A stretch of DNA of 59,943 bases, counting the filler, from Bipalium vagum (taxonomy: Eukaryota), in NCBI GenBank assembly GCA_037834085.1. It is 3 parts of 3 records of this genome, joined end to end, with 100 filler letters (N's around TTAATTAATTAA, not from the genome) between each part and the next. Parts side by side here need not be neighbours in the genome. Positions count along the whole stretch, not along the records: positions 1 to 18,904 come from JBBMKC010016054.1; positions 19,005 to 39,927 come from JBBMKC010244582.1; 1 more part is not named here. The stretch is one strand, 5' to 3'. Position numbers and translations under genes: made by a program. The notes under the pieces were generated by a model that had not been told where the DNA came from, ran no database searches, and was given only the letters and a program-made list of their open reading frames with translations. Each line of letters starts with the position of its first letter. The first letter of the stretch is position 1. Shown piece after piece: positions 12,042-24,200 of this stretch.

Positions 12042-12806
12042 ATGAAGGTGCTTTATGTTTTCATTCTTTTTTTATGCGTCTGTGTCATCTCCATTCTGAT
12101 TTATTATAAATTATATAGTCCACCGACCAGCCTAATTTCCAAAAACATTGATCTCGGTCATTTCGGTGCATGGAGATGTTCAGATCTATTCGATGAGAAT
12201 ACGAATCAGTCGGTTTTTCGATCTGCAAAGAAATGGATATATCCAATAAGCGATACATTTTCCGATCGTGAACTTTCTGAAATGATGAAGAAAGATTGTG
12301 AAGGGTTTGTTGACTGACGAAACTATTTCACCCAATATCTAAAGACACCTGGCCTGAATGAAACCAGTTTCCCAATTGCATTTACGATCGTTGCATATAA
12401 GACCAGTTCACAGGTCGAAAGATTGTTGCGGGTCATTTATCGACCTTGGAACTTTAACTGTATTCATATCGATCTCAAATCGAACGCTGAGTTTTTCTCG
12501 GCCATAGCAGGGCTGGTGAACTGTCTGAATAGGAAGTACCACAATATTATCAACACTGAAAACCGTGTCAAGATCAAATGGGGAACAATGTCGGTTCTAC
12601 AGGCTGACCTGAACTGCATGAAGGAACTTTATGAAAAGTTTAAAAGTTGGAAATATTTGATAAATCTGACCGGCCAAGAATTTCCACTGAAAACTAACGC
12701 TGAACTGGTCAAGATCCTAAGGTCTTACAAAGGAGCGAACAACATTGACGGAACATATGCCCATAGAAATGAAATACGTTTCCCAGTTGTCAAAATGCCA
12801 TTTGGG
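12042..12806 (+). CDS. GCNT: Core-2/I-branching beta-1,6-N-acetylglucosaminyltransferase (GT14, GCNT-like) exon 1; contains in-frame TGA at 12315-12317
   Basis: Type II TM anchor MKVLYVFILFLCVCVISILIYY; GT14 motifs FPIAFTIVAYK, ERLLRVIYRPWNFNCIHIDLKS, WGTMSVLQADLNCMKEL and WKYLINLTGQEFPLKTNAELVKIL. Phase-0 donor GGG|GTTAGA at 12807. Confidence 0.9.
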
Positions 12807-13489
12807 GTTAGATTTTATTGATTTTGGTTATATATAAAGTAAAAGGTTAGAAGATGATAAAGGTTTTTATTAATTATTGAACAAGATCAACTTAATATTG
12901 AAAATGATTTGAAAGAATTTCTTGTGTTCTTCTCTTAAACTGGACGATTTATTTCAGCATCCTCTCTGATCTAACACTGTCCTATTCTTTTCCCAGACAA
13001 ATAATATCCTATTAATACTTTTCGTTAATTATCTGTAGGGGTTTTTATTTTTACAGAGTTATGTAATCATATAATTGTATTTATTTAAAAATTTATTATT
13101 TGTACTTTAAAAGTTCAATATAACAAGTTATACCTATTATATTGCCCAGGAAAACCATCACTAAGGAATTACATGATATGGTAATTGGCTTGGGAAATGA
13201 TCAAACCATCACCATGAAAAAGTTTGAATTGTTAACGGATTTACGTAGAAAAACTTTATCCCCTATTTTAAAGAAGAATGGGAAATACAAGGAATTTGTT
13301 TTTGCTGGGATTAAACGAAGCATAACACAGCACTAAAAATGCAGTTTTAAAGAATGTCGGTATTTATATTAAATAGTAAAGAAATCTTTGTTTAAACTTT
13401 TTATTAATGTAAGTAAGACTAGTTAATTTTTAAATTCTTGTACTTTTACAAATTTTTCTGCATTTGTTTCAGAAATGAATATTTTAATG

Positions 13490-13809
13490 GGTAAAAAGAC
13501 AAAAGAATATTCCATTGACTTCCGAAATGCTGTTTGACGATGAGGAAAGAGAGATATAGTATGGGCCACATATCAAATATCCTAAAATGTCCAAAATCAA
13601 GCATTCAATATATTTTAGAAAAGTTTTCTTGTGATGAAGCGTGAAAACCAGTCCCGGGCGAGGAAGACGAAAAATAGCAACACCAAAAGAGGGTCGAATA
13701 ATCAAAAGAATTGTTAAGATCGGCGAACATTAGCTGAGAAAGTGAGCATACTCATTAAGGAACAAAATGGCATATTAATTTCCAAGTCAACTGTGAGAAA
13801 CCGACTTTC
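13490..13809 (+). mobile_element. Tc1 transposase N-terminal fragment in GCNT intron
   Basis: MGKKTKEYSIDFR...PGRGRRKIATPKEGRIIKRIV...ISKSTVRNRL. Confidence 0.75.
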
Positions 13810-14079
13810 ATGCGTCTGTGTCATCTCCATTCTGATTTATTATAAATTATATAGTCCACCGACCAACCTCTTCCCCAAAAACATTGATCTCGGTCATTTC
13901 GGTGCATGGAGATGTTCAGATCTATTCGATGAGAATACCAATTAGTCCGTTTTTCGATCTGCAAAGAAATGGGTATATCCAATAAGCGATACATTTTCCG
14001 ATCGTGAACTTTCTGAAATGATGAAGAAAGATTGTAAAGGCTTTGTTGACAGACGAAACTATTTCACCCAATATCTAAA
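13810..14079 (+). pseudogene. Intronic partial duplicate of GCNT exon 1
   Basis: Near-identical to ~12075-12343. It carries AGA (14051-14053) where the host exon has TGA, and has its own stop codon at 13943-13945. Confidence 0.92.
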
Positions 14080-14601
14080 ATATCTAAATATCACCCAGTA
14101 TCCAAATCTGCTGAAACCATTCTTTCAGAGAAAAGAAACCATTGATATTTCTCCCTGTTTTATATTTAATAATTTTGGGATTTTGAAGTTTGTAACGCGC
14201 TGGTTGAAATTGGGGCTTAGAATTGATGTAGATAATAATAATGATAATATTAATTTTTTGTGTGTACACTGGTCATGAAAAAAATTTTTTATTGTTTTTG
14301 ATAGGACGCAATCAATTGTTACTTTAAAAAATTAGGTTTTCTTTGTAAGATAGACCTGCGGTTTATATACGGATTCTTACGGTAATTCTTTTATCAATCA
14401 ATCTATAAATATAAAATTTTGTGAAGAAAGAAATTTAACAGATGAAAGAGGTCACACATTTTAATAATGTCACATTCCAAATAAACCATTTTTTTATTTA
14501 TCATTTAGAGAAATCGGAATTTGATTTTACAAAAAATAATAGTGCAAATGTTTAGGGATTCAATGTAATATCTCAGGAATATAATATCTTTTTTATTTAT
14601 A

Positions 14602-16137
14602 CACTACCGCCGGAAAGTATTTGTACACCCTTTAAGTATACTTTTGAAATCTAACAACTCTTACAAAAAACCAATAAAAGTTAAGATTTTTTCAACACAT
14701 ATTTATTGATAATTACCAAACACAGTAACATAGGAAAAATTTTAAATAACTAATTAAGCATTAAACCGAAGCTTCATCTCTGTAACCTCCTGGTTTTTTA
14801 ATGATCATCTGGCATAGCCTGACCATCCTTTCTAATAAATTTCTTAAGGTTTCTGGTTTAATTTTTACCCATTCCTTCTAACGTTTCGCCACAGATCTTT
14901 CTGTGTATTTCGGCAGGTTTTTTTAACAATTCGGTCCAATTCATCCCTTAGCAACTCTATGAGATTAAGGTCAGGTGATTGAGAGGGCCAGATCATTATT
15001 TTTATGATACAATGAAACCTACATAAGTGAAAACCTTGATTATCTGAACATCTCTCTAACTTGAACTTTTCAGCATGGACACTGTGGTGTTCAATTTAAG
15101 CAGGTTTCACTGTATTTTTCTTTTCCATCTTTTTCAAATAATCCTGACATAGTTTGGCTTTATGTTTGGGATCATTGTCCTGATGAAAAGTAAAATTATT
15201 GCCTATAATTCTTAGTTCGGAAGGAATGGCGTTACTTCGTAGTATATTTTTAAAGCCTTCTTTGAATAGTTTCCCATCAATTTTGATTAGATTTCCTAAT
15301 TATGGACCACCAAAACAACCCTAAATCACAACAGATCTTTCTCCGTGCTTCATAGTTGGGATTATGCATTGATCTGAGAACTTCTCACCAGTAGACTTGC
15401 GAACAAATACACGCCTTCTTGATCCAAAAACTTCAAACTTCGATTCATCCGACCAAAGTACCTAGTCTTCCGATAACCAGTTTTGGTGTTCTCTAGCTCA
15501 TTTTAATCTTATCTTCTTATTTTTAGGCCGAAGTAATGGTTTTCTAGCGGCAATTCTTCCAAAAAGACCAGCCTTATGAAGCCTGTCTTTTACCGTTGTT
15601 ACGCTAATACCTTTTTCTCGGATATGGTTTATGTGAGAGGCAATTTCTGGTGCTGTTAGACGTCTATTACGCTTGCTCGTGATTATAATTCTATGGTCTT
15701 CTGTATCAGTAGTTTTTCTTGGTCGTCCAGCTCTTTCAGTGTTGGTCATAATGCCGGTATCATTGTATTTCTTTATTATATCGCTGACTATTGTATGCCA
15801 TAATTTTAAATTTCTGCCAATTTGACGAGCCCTGATATTCATTTTATGTTGGGAAATAATTATACCCCCTTTCTCCAGCTTTCTTTACTTGCTTTAATTA
15901 TATCCGAATAAAATGATAAAGTTTTTAGAAATATTTTTTAGCTAAATTTTATAAAAATTAAAATGTAGAAATTCATATTGTAAATTTATTATCTTTGTGT
16001 TCCATCGTTATCTATATGTAAGGGTGCTAATAAATTTACAATTACAATTGGTTTTTAAAGAAAACATTAAACTATGTTAGAAAAATTAATCATTTTGCAT
16101 TTTAAGAAGGGTGTACAAATACTTTCCGACGGTAGTG
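14602..16137 (-). mobile_element. Full-length inactive Tc1-like (DD34E) transposon
   Basis: 31-bp TIR CACTACCG(C/T)CGGAAAGTATTTGTACACCCTT with TA TSD; motifs GRPRKT, WSDESKF, KHG, QDNDPKH and WPSQSPDLNLIE; contains stop codons. Confidence 0.95.
15010..15112. mobile_element. pogo/Tigger-type MITE nested in Tc1
   Basis: TIR CA(A/G)TGAAACCT(A/G)C with TA TSD. Removing it restores KMEKKNIIKIMIWPSQSPD. Confidence 0.85.
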
Positions 16138-16741
16138 TATATTACTAATACGACGACTTAATTTTACGTTCTTAAACTATACTAAGGAGAACTGAATAGA
16201 CGGTTTTTTTTCAAAAAATGCCATAAAAATATGATATTACTTTCTTTGACTTACTGCGCAACCCGGATCCCAGTGGCAGCTTGGAGTCTCTTGTTCTACT
16301 GGCATCATCCACCAGTGTCGTAGGTTCACATTTTCATACATTGAAATAAAACCCAAAAATAGTATCTCTTAATCAATCCAAGTAATTTCAAGTACCTTTG
16401 AACTGGGATATGGTATACATTTTATTTATTTCCATTTCGTGTTTTTTAAGTGGCGACTATGTTCAATCAAGCATTGACTTTATCATGAACTGTAGGTGCC
16501 CGCTCAGACTACGCGTTTCTTAAGACATGAGACTTTGGAAACTACATTCATCGAGTTAGTTTTTTAGTTGAATATCTTTTACGAGTTTTGTATACCTTGT
16601 GGTTATCTTAGTAGATTTTTCTCTATCTTTAAAGTAGTCAATGAAAACCGCTCGAGAAATATCTTCATCCACCATTTCTATAATACATTTAATGTAAATT
16701 AAAATTGAAAATATTATCGTTTACTTTTCTTTGTAATTTAG

Positions 16742-17230
16742 ATTATCTGGATAAAAGGATCAACCCACATCACCGCCAACAGGGATTTCATCAAATTCAT
16801 TATTGAATCGCCAAAGTCTAAAGTTCTTTTGAATGTCTTAAAAGACAGAAACGTCCCAGACGAATCGTTTTATAATACGCTCAACTACAACCCCCAACTG
16901 AGAATTCCTGGATCTTTCGTTGGCAATCCGGACGATTATCCTTTATTACAATTTCTGACAAGGTATAAAAACTGGGGAGGATATTTGTGCAAGAGCGGAA
17001 AGATTGTTCGAGCAATATGCATCTGGGGTGTGGAAGATTTGCCAAAATTGGTCCGAGTTCCTCACCTTTTTACCAATAAGTTTCATGAGGATTTTGAACC
17101 AGCTACACTGAAATGCATGGAGAACTGGTATTATATGAAAGTGTCGAAAGAAATGGAAACCGGTGTCATTGCGATCAACGAAAAATTTTACAGCTCTCAG
17201 GTTTTTGTACTGAACCAGTTCCGGAATTGA
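16742..17230 (+). CDS. GCNT: GCNT-like GT14 exon 2 (terminal)
   Basis: Phase-0 acceptor TTTAG|ATT; IIWIKGSTHITANRDFIKF, VPDESFYNTLNY, C.SGKIVRAICIWGVEDLPKL and HLFTNKF. The spliced gene has 417 codons before the terminal stop. Confidence 0.92.
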   Translation: MIWIKGSTHITANRDFIKFIIESPKSKVLLNVLKDRNVPDESFYNTLNYNPQLRIPGSFVGNPDDYPLLQFLTRYKNWGGYLCKSGKIVRAICIWGVEDLPKLVRVPHLFTNKFHEDFEPATLKCMENWYYMKVSKEMETGVIAINEKFYSSQVFVLNQFRN

Positions 17231-17879
17231 TTGAATCAAATGGTTTGGAGGCAGTTTAGGCAGTGATATGTATTATTTATATCTTCTTGAAATTGACTAT
17301 CCTCTTCTTTGTGTATATTAGTTTTGTTTATAATTATTTGTGTTCTAACATCAACATTTTGAAAAATCAAACAAATTTCGTCAAATCGAAGGAAATAAAT
17401 CATTCATTTCGATTCAACAATATATATGAAAAGATAGTGCTGATTTATTTGGCTCCAATCGATATAAGGAGAAAATCTAAAAGGTATTGGCGATTCTAAG
17501 GAATATTTGGAAAATATGTGATGCGTTTTTGCTTAAGATTTTTTAAAAAGTTTTAGTTTAGTTTTGAAACTTAAATTCTGTGAGGGTATAATAAAAGATA
17601 TTGAAGTATTACCTTGTTCAGAAAATTTTGCACGTTTTTTGTTTATATACATTAAAATTGTAAATAATTCAAATAACTTATATAATGATTATTTAATATT
17701 ATAGAGCATTTAAAAGCCTCCACATTATTCTCTGTAAAGTATTAGTCTATTTTGCTTTTAAAATAAAATTTTAAAAATACATTTTCCCCATTTTAATATA
17801 GGATGTCGTGTCGCAATTCGAGACAAATTTATTTTTATGACTTTCGACTCGGTACAAAGTTCAATGATCAATCTCAGAA

Positions 17880-18290
17880 ATGAACGAATTTGTTGAAGAG
17901 CTGAGCGATATAGAGCAAGTAATGACGAACATATCTGGATTCAATTATCTTTCTTTGATTAACACAAATCATGTAGTATCCGTGAAGCACGTTTTTGCAC
18001 CTTTCTATAGTGTTGAGAAGGATTCAGTGCAGGCTGAAGAGTAAAATTCATCTTCACGGCAAATTCTTGTTTCGGATCATCCTTAAGAAGTACTACCAAA
18101 CTTCCTTCTTTAAAGGCAGAAGTCTTTCTGTTTTTTGTTCATCATTTATTTTGAAATTTTGATTGTTCAATTTTTAAATCAATTTTCGTGTGATTCTTTT
18201 GGAAATGAATCCTTTGCCGTATGCACTAAAAAACATTTCAAGCAGATTCTGAGGCTTTGGAAACGCGATTAAATTTATATAAAGGTATGT
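17880..18290 (-). mobile_element. Mariner fragment
   Basis: AYGKGFISKRI..., LLKDDPKQEFA, RILHDL...QICSSLL. Confidence 0.6.
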
Positions 18291-18904
18291 ATAGACTTGG
18301 TACATTTTTTTAAAACTCTGTAAAAAATGCTTACTATGAAAACATAATTAGTTTACTTTAAAAAAGCAATTAATATCCTTTAGAATAAGTCAATAAAGAA
18401 TAGATCAATATATACTGAAAATATAAATCAAACTGGTTTTAATTACGTGACATGAATTTATTGGACAGCCTAATATATTTTTCTTTAAATAAATGTTAAA
18501 GTTTAAAATAATGGAGCACACGAGGAGCCACATGAAAATTTTTAATTAATTCCACAAGAAATAAATTTGTTCAAAATAATAATGGTCCTTGCCATAGGAC
18601 ATGCTCCGAAACCAGATAAAACTGTGTTAGTAGCGGTAGTAGTAGCAGAGGATTTTTGATTTTTATTTAAATATATTTACAAAAAGTTACTATTCACTCA
18701 AGTTATAAGGAATGTAAATAAACTTTGACTTATCTTTTTAAAAAAACATTAATCAACCTTAATTGACCTCTCCATCTTGAAATTATCATATTAACGGGTG
18801 ACGCATAAAAAGTGCACAGAGTTTAATGTACTTAAAAACATAAAGTTAAAAAGCTTATTCCAAATATTTTTATTTTAACATAAATACATGAAACCATAAT
18901 TACA

Positions 18905-19004
18905 NNNNNNNNNNNNNNNNNNNNNNNNNNNNNNNNNNNNNNNNNNNNTTAATTAATTAANNNNNNNNNNNNNNNNNNNNNNNNNNNNNNNNNNNNNNNN
19001 NNNN
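18905..19004. other. Scaffold gap with artificial TTAATTAATTAA linker
   Basis: 44 N + TTAATTAATTAA + 44 N, identical to the gap at 39928. Confidence 0.97.
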
Positions 19005-19384
19005 AATTATTATAAATATTATTCATTATTTCATCTCTTGGAATTTTTTTATATAAACAATTTTTTACATTATTCATAAAACTTTTATCATAGCTTAAAA
19101 ATTTTTTTTTTCTGTATTATCATATTTAATTATTCCTCTAATTTTAAATCATCTCATAAATTTATTATTTGTAAAATAAAATTGAAATAGTATTTCATAA
19201 TATCTTAACATCCAAAATATAAATTCATTTATTTCTTCCATTCTTTAACTTGTACGTTTTATTAATTTTTCTTTCATTCTTGCAATTTGATTATTTTTTG
19301 TTTTTATAATTTCTAAATTTTCATAAAATTTTTTTATAGATTTCTTTCTAAGAAGTTCTGTTTGAAAAGAAATATTTTTTCTCT

Positions 19385-22300
19385 TTATTTCTGTTTGAAT
19401 TTAATTGATTTTCCTTTAAATTGTGTTTGATTTATTCTATCAATTGGTTCATGAGTATTTAATATTCTTTTTTGTAATCTTTTAACTTCATTTTTATATT
19501 TTTCAATTTCTAAAAAACTTTGTTTCTTAAGATCATTGATCTCATTTTCATATCTTTTATTATTATTTTCATATTTACGGGCAAAAGCTAGATTTGTGTC
19601 GTTCAAAGGAGTTTCAGTATTATTTAACTTTTGTTTAAGATCATTGATTTCATTTATATATTTTTCAATTTCTATTTTTATAAATTTATTAGATGCTAAA
19701 TTTTCCAATCTTGTTTTCAATAGTTAAGTTTTTATAGTCCTTTTGTAAATCATTAATGCGGGATGAAATCCCTTGTGTTTTTCAAAACACGAAAGATGAA
19801 GTTAAAGAAAAAGATAGTAGAAGAGTTGGAATTTTAGAAGAGTTGGAATATGTTATTTTTGAGAACGGTTGTTTGGCGATACATTAAAGCTTTCAGAGTC
19901 CTCGACTAATTCTGAAAAGTTAAAAGAAAATCATTAACCAAATTATATTTTAACTTCTAAGTCAAAATATACTATTGATAATCATGTAAAAAATTATAAA
20001 TATAAAATAAATTTGAATAAGTATACCCTTAAATGGACAGAGGAAATATTTATTATATATTGAGGTTTGACTCCTATCTTATAATCTCTGTAAATAAACT
20101 TTTGGCGAAAAATAAAGTTTAATTAATACGCTGGCTAATTTAAAATTATGCATTTTAATTATTAACTTAAAATTAATTAAATAAATTTTGAAAAATAAAT
20201 TTTAAATATTATTTAGGAGCATCTTCTGATTTCCAATCAGTATCATGTTATCCTAAAAATTATCAAATAATAATAATTTTTAAATAAAATAAATTTTAAA
20301 TAGTATCAACTACTGATATTTAGTCAGTAGTATGAATTTATAATAATTAAATTTTTAATTTTTTAGAAATTCTTTTTATTTTTAGTAATAATTAAATATA
20401 GAAGGTACGTCATGATTGGCAGCTTAACTGGCCAATTAGAGGCACTAAAATGAGCAGTAAAATAGTATATAAGCCAGCAAAAATTCATTATTTTTCGCCC
20501 AGAAAATTTCCAGATAAAAAAGGTGTGGTTTTTATTGATGATTTTATTTTGCTGACCAAGGTTTTTCCTGGCACAGCTTTTGAATTTGTGCCTTGCAGTT
20601 TGTTGGTGTGTTTAAGTGACTACCTGTGCAGTTTGTTTGTTTTTGTTTGACTGCCGATTGTTACAGTTTGTTTGAAGTAACTGCCTGTTGCAGTTTAATG
20701 TTGTAATTAAAAGAGTCTTACCCTCATTTTATTAATATATTTTAGAAGAGGTTATTTTTTTGTTTTTGAGTGCGAGCTCAATAGTTAAGCCCATAGTAAC
20801 CTTAGTAAGGTCAGATACGCCAAGGGATATGTTCGCACCAACATATAAATGAAATTTATTATGAAATTGAATAGTCCATGGTATTATAGATTTAAATGGA
20901 ATAGATTTCTTGAAATATTTAAAGAAACTATCAATTTGTACAGTTACATATTGATAAATATTTTCAAAATAACGCTTTATCAAGATTGAAAATCAAATGA
21001 AAATCTATAAAAGTATATATAAATTTTATTTTTTATAATTTTTTAAATCTTCAAAAAAATGTTTCTAATTTATAAAATTTTCGATTTTAATTTTTTCTTC
21101 TTAACGGATTAGTGTTTTTCAGAACTTTATTCGATCAGTCAAAAACCTTGAGTCTCGTGTATTTTCTTCATATATAAATTTTTTAAAAACAAAATAAAAG
21201 ATAAGCATTTGGTTTTTCGAAGTGAAACTCCAAAACATTTTGTGCGTCATACATTTTTTCAAAATTAAGCTTTTTATCATTAAATTTGCCTTCCATTTTT
21301 TATAATAAAAATTTGAAAAAGATTTAGAACTTTCCATTTTAAAATATATTAGGATAAAATGTTTTTATACACATTTTTATTTATTCTAATTCATTATGTT
21401 TCTTACATAACGATGAAAAAATAAAATTTCAAAAATTTTTATATCTTGAATAAATTTTAAATTTAATATCACTACTAACTTCTCTACATTCATCGGAAAT
21501 GAATAATAATGATTCAGAAAATAAAACTTACTAAAACACATTAGTATGAGAAAATATTAATATGTGGAAGGTTATATTTGGTAAGTTCTATAATATAGGA
21601 ACTTTCTTAAAAATTGCAAAACCCACATATTACTTTATTAATTGAAAGTTTTAATTTGAACCAATCAAGAGATCAGGAATTTGAAAATAAAGAGTAAGCT
21701 CTTGGTTTTCTCATTCAATTTGTAATTAACTTAGCATAGACAAATTAATAAATAAGTTTAAACCTCTTTTGAAAAAAATCTAAATAATTAAATAATCATC
21801 AACGTATTCAGAGCAAATACTCTACAATATGTTCTTTTTATTATATTTTCTTATTTTCCATTTTTGTTCTCTTAGCAATTCAATTCTGTTTCGCTCTCGG
21901 AGACATTATTTTTGACATTAGGGCTTCATCGGTTATCGTAAAACCAAGAAGATTTTAATTAATTAATGTTATAATTGTGATAAGAAAGATTTGTATTTGT
22001 TTTACAAAATATAAAAAAAAATTGTAATAAAAATCGTGTTATCTCAGTTGATTATACAATTTGTAGTTAGATTTAGTTCGTATATAAGAACACTCATTTG
22101 TTATACTACCGTTGAAGGAGTTAACCTATATTAATAGTGTTAGCATTTTATATTTTCGAGATTATATCTCGCAGTAAGCGTCGAACCAAACACTTACATA
22201 ACGTTTAATAGATATTTTATGTAAAGGTTTTTTTATTATTTTAGTAAATAATTTCTATAGGTATTATACCAACCGAAACATGATAACTATTTGTTGTAAT

Positions 22301-24200
22301 TTTATATAACATTGTTGATTGTGTATTCATTTTGATCTGCAATTAATATTATTGCAAACTAACTTTTAATATTAATTTTTTCCTTCAAAATAAACTTGGT
22401 TAAATTGATTTCCAAGTTTTTAGAATTTTCAATATTTTATGTTAAAGATATCCAATAATAATAATAGGTGTAAAGTTTTTAGAATAGTTTTTAATTTTAT
22501 ATTCATATTAACTATTTCATGAAGGTCTTTATTGTGATTCTTTATTTTTGTGATGAAATCATTTAAAATTTTATTATTAATTTCAACTACTTTAATTCAA
22601 CTACTTTTTTTAATTTTTAAAATTGAAATTCTCATTTCTTGAGTAATTCAAAAATTTAAATTAATTGATTTTTAAACTTTGAATATGTTATTTCTAGATT
22701 GTTTCCTAATTCTTTTAATTTTTTTTATATTGTAAACTTTCTTTTTCAATTTTCTCTATTTTAGTTAATATTTTATTTTTTTCTTATTCATATAATTTTA
22801 TTTGATTTTGAATATTAAATAAAAGAGAATTAATTTTTTATTTACTATTCTATTTATACTAATTTTATTTAATAAATCTTTTCTAATTTGTTTTAAATAT
22901 TTAAAATTTACAACGGATCTGCTAAATTTAGTGTTTTATATTTATTTTTTTTATTTATTTATATACAGGGTCTCCAAAAAGCCAGTGGTAATTTGATATT
23001 GTTCTCAAAATTATGAAACTTTTATCATTTATATTACCACTGACTTTTGGGACACCCTGTATATTTATTCATATTTATAATTCATTTCATATCATCACCA
23101 GTATCTTTTAAAAAAATATTTTCAGATTCAAAGCGAATCTTATTTGTAGTACGCAACTCCTCAATTCGAATAAAAATAATTATTTCTTTTATTATATTAT
23201 TTTTATTTTTATAATTATCATAACAATAAGGTTTTCTAAAATAAGTAAATTTTTAAAAATAAAATTTTTTTATCTTTTAAAATATTTGATATAAAACATT
23301 TAAAGATAATTTTCCACAATAACTTAAGTAACGAACGATTGGACGAAGTTCAGAAGCTTAAAACATTCATTTTAACAAACTCTTTCAATTTATCTAGAGG
23401 AATGAAAGTAGTAACTATATAATATTTAATCCAATATATTTCTTTTTGATTTGCATTTTGATAATTAAAATTAAAGTTATTTATGATATTATATGCTTCT
23501 CTTTGAGTTCACTTTTTATTTAAACTTTTAAAGGGATTTCTTAATTTAATCTTCAACAAAATTAAATTATTAAATCAAAATTTGTAATTTTATTAATTTC
23601 TTATTCACAGAAGAATTCTAAAATTGAATGTTATTTTAAATCGAGACATTCTTAAAATTTAATTTTAGAAAAAGATTTATTTTTTCATAAGGATTGAAGT
23701 AAAGACAGATAAATTGAATCTTCTCGATCCAAAAAAGTTTTCAGACCCTTCGGCTTATTCAACGATGTTTTACTTTCCTTGTTTTACAATCTTAATTTTA
23801 TTCTTCCTCAATTTTGTAAGAATTCTTTTTTTCAGATTTACCTAATTTTCATATTCTTAACTATTTAAAATTGCATCTCTTAAACCTTTTGCATAATATT
23901 GATCAAAATATAATCCACTTTAGGAAGATTAGTAAAGGCTCTCACCTTTTAGAAGGCCTTAGAAACATCTTACGGCAGTTACTAATTTTTCTGGGATCAC
24001 TTCAGGTTTGCTGAGTTTTTCATTTTCCATTTCTATTTTTTTCTCTACATCTGTTTTTTGTGCTTTTTTTGGTTTTTGAACTGCTATTTCAACTCCTCCA
24101 ACAACTCTACTAGCTGCACCTAAACCTGCAAAAATTGCTCCAAGAATTGGAATCAATTGAAAACTTTATTTTCTCTTTTCTTCTTTGTTAATTTGCTCTT
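19385..24200. mobile_element. Degraded Maverick/Polinton element
   Basis: Integrase C-terminal relic KSKYTIDNHVKNYKYK...KYTLKWTEEIFII (+, ~19959-20060). Amphipathic Gly/Ala protein IPILGAIFAGLGAASRVVGGV...KGESLY...SGLYFDQY (-, 24156-~23880). Coiled-coil ORF 19385-19720. Boundaries are uncertain. Confidence 0.65.
22966..23059. mobile_element. 94-bp Tc1-type MITE
   Basis: TIR CAGGGT(C/G)TCC.AAAAG.CAGTGGTAAT with TA TSD. Confidence 0.88.

Noticed and set aside
12315-17500. Selenocysteine reading of the GCNT TGA
   Set aside because: Paralogs have Arg, not Cys, at this site, and no SECIS-like stem is evident in the 3' UTR.
18949-18960. TTAATTAATTAA palindrome within N runs (also 39972-39983)
   Set aside because: The identical 44N-12-44N layout marks an assembly linker with stops in all frames. 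It also means adjacency across the gaps is only scaffold-inferred.
20595-20700. CRISPR-like reading of short repeats (also 6210-6330 and 59754-59802)
   Set aside because: Eukaryotic context, degenerate repeats without unique regular spacers, and no cas genes.
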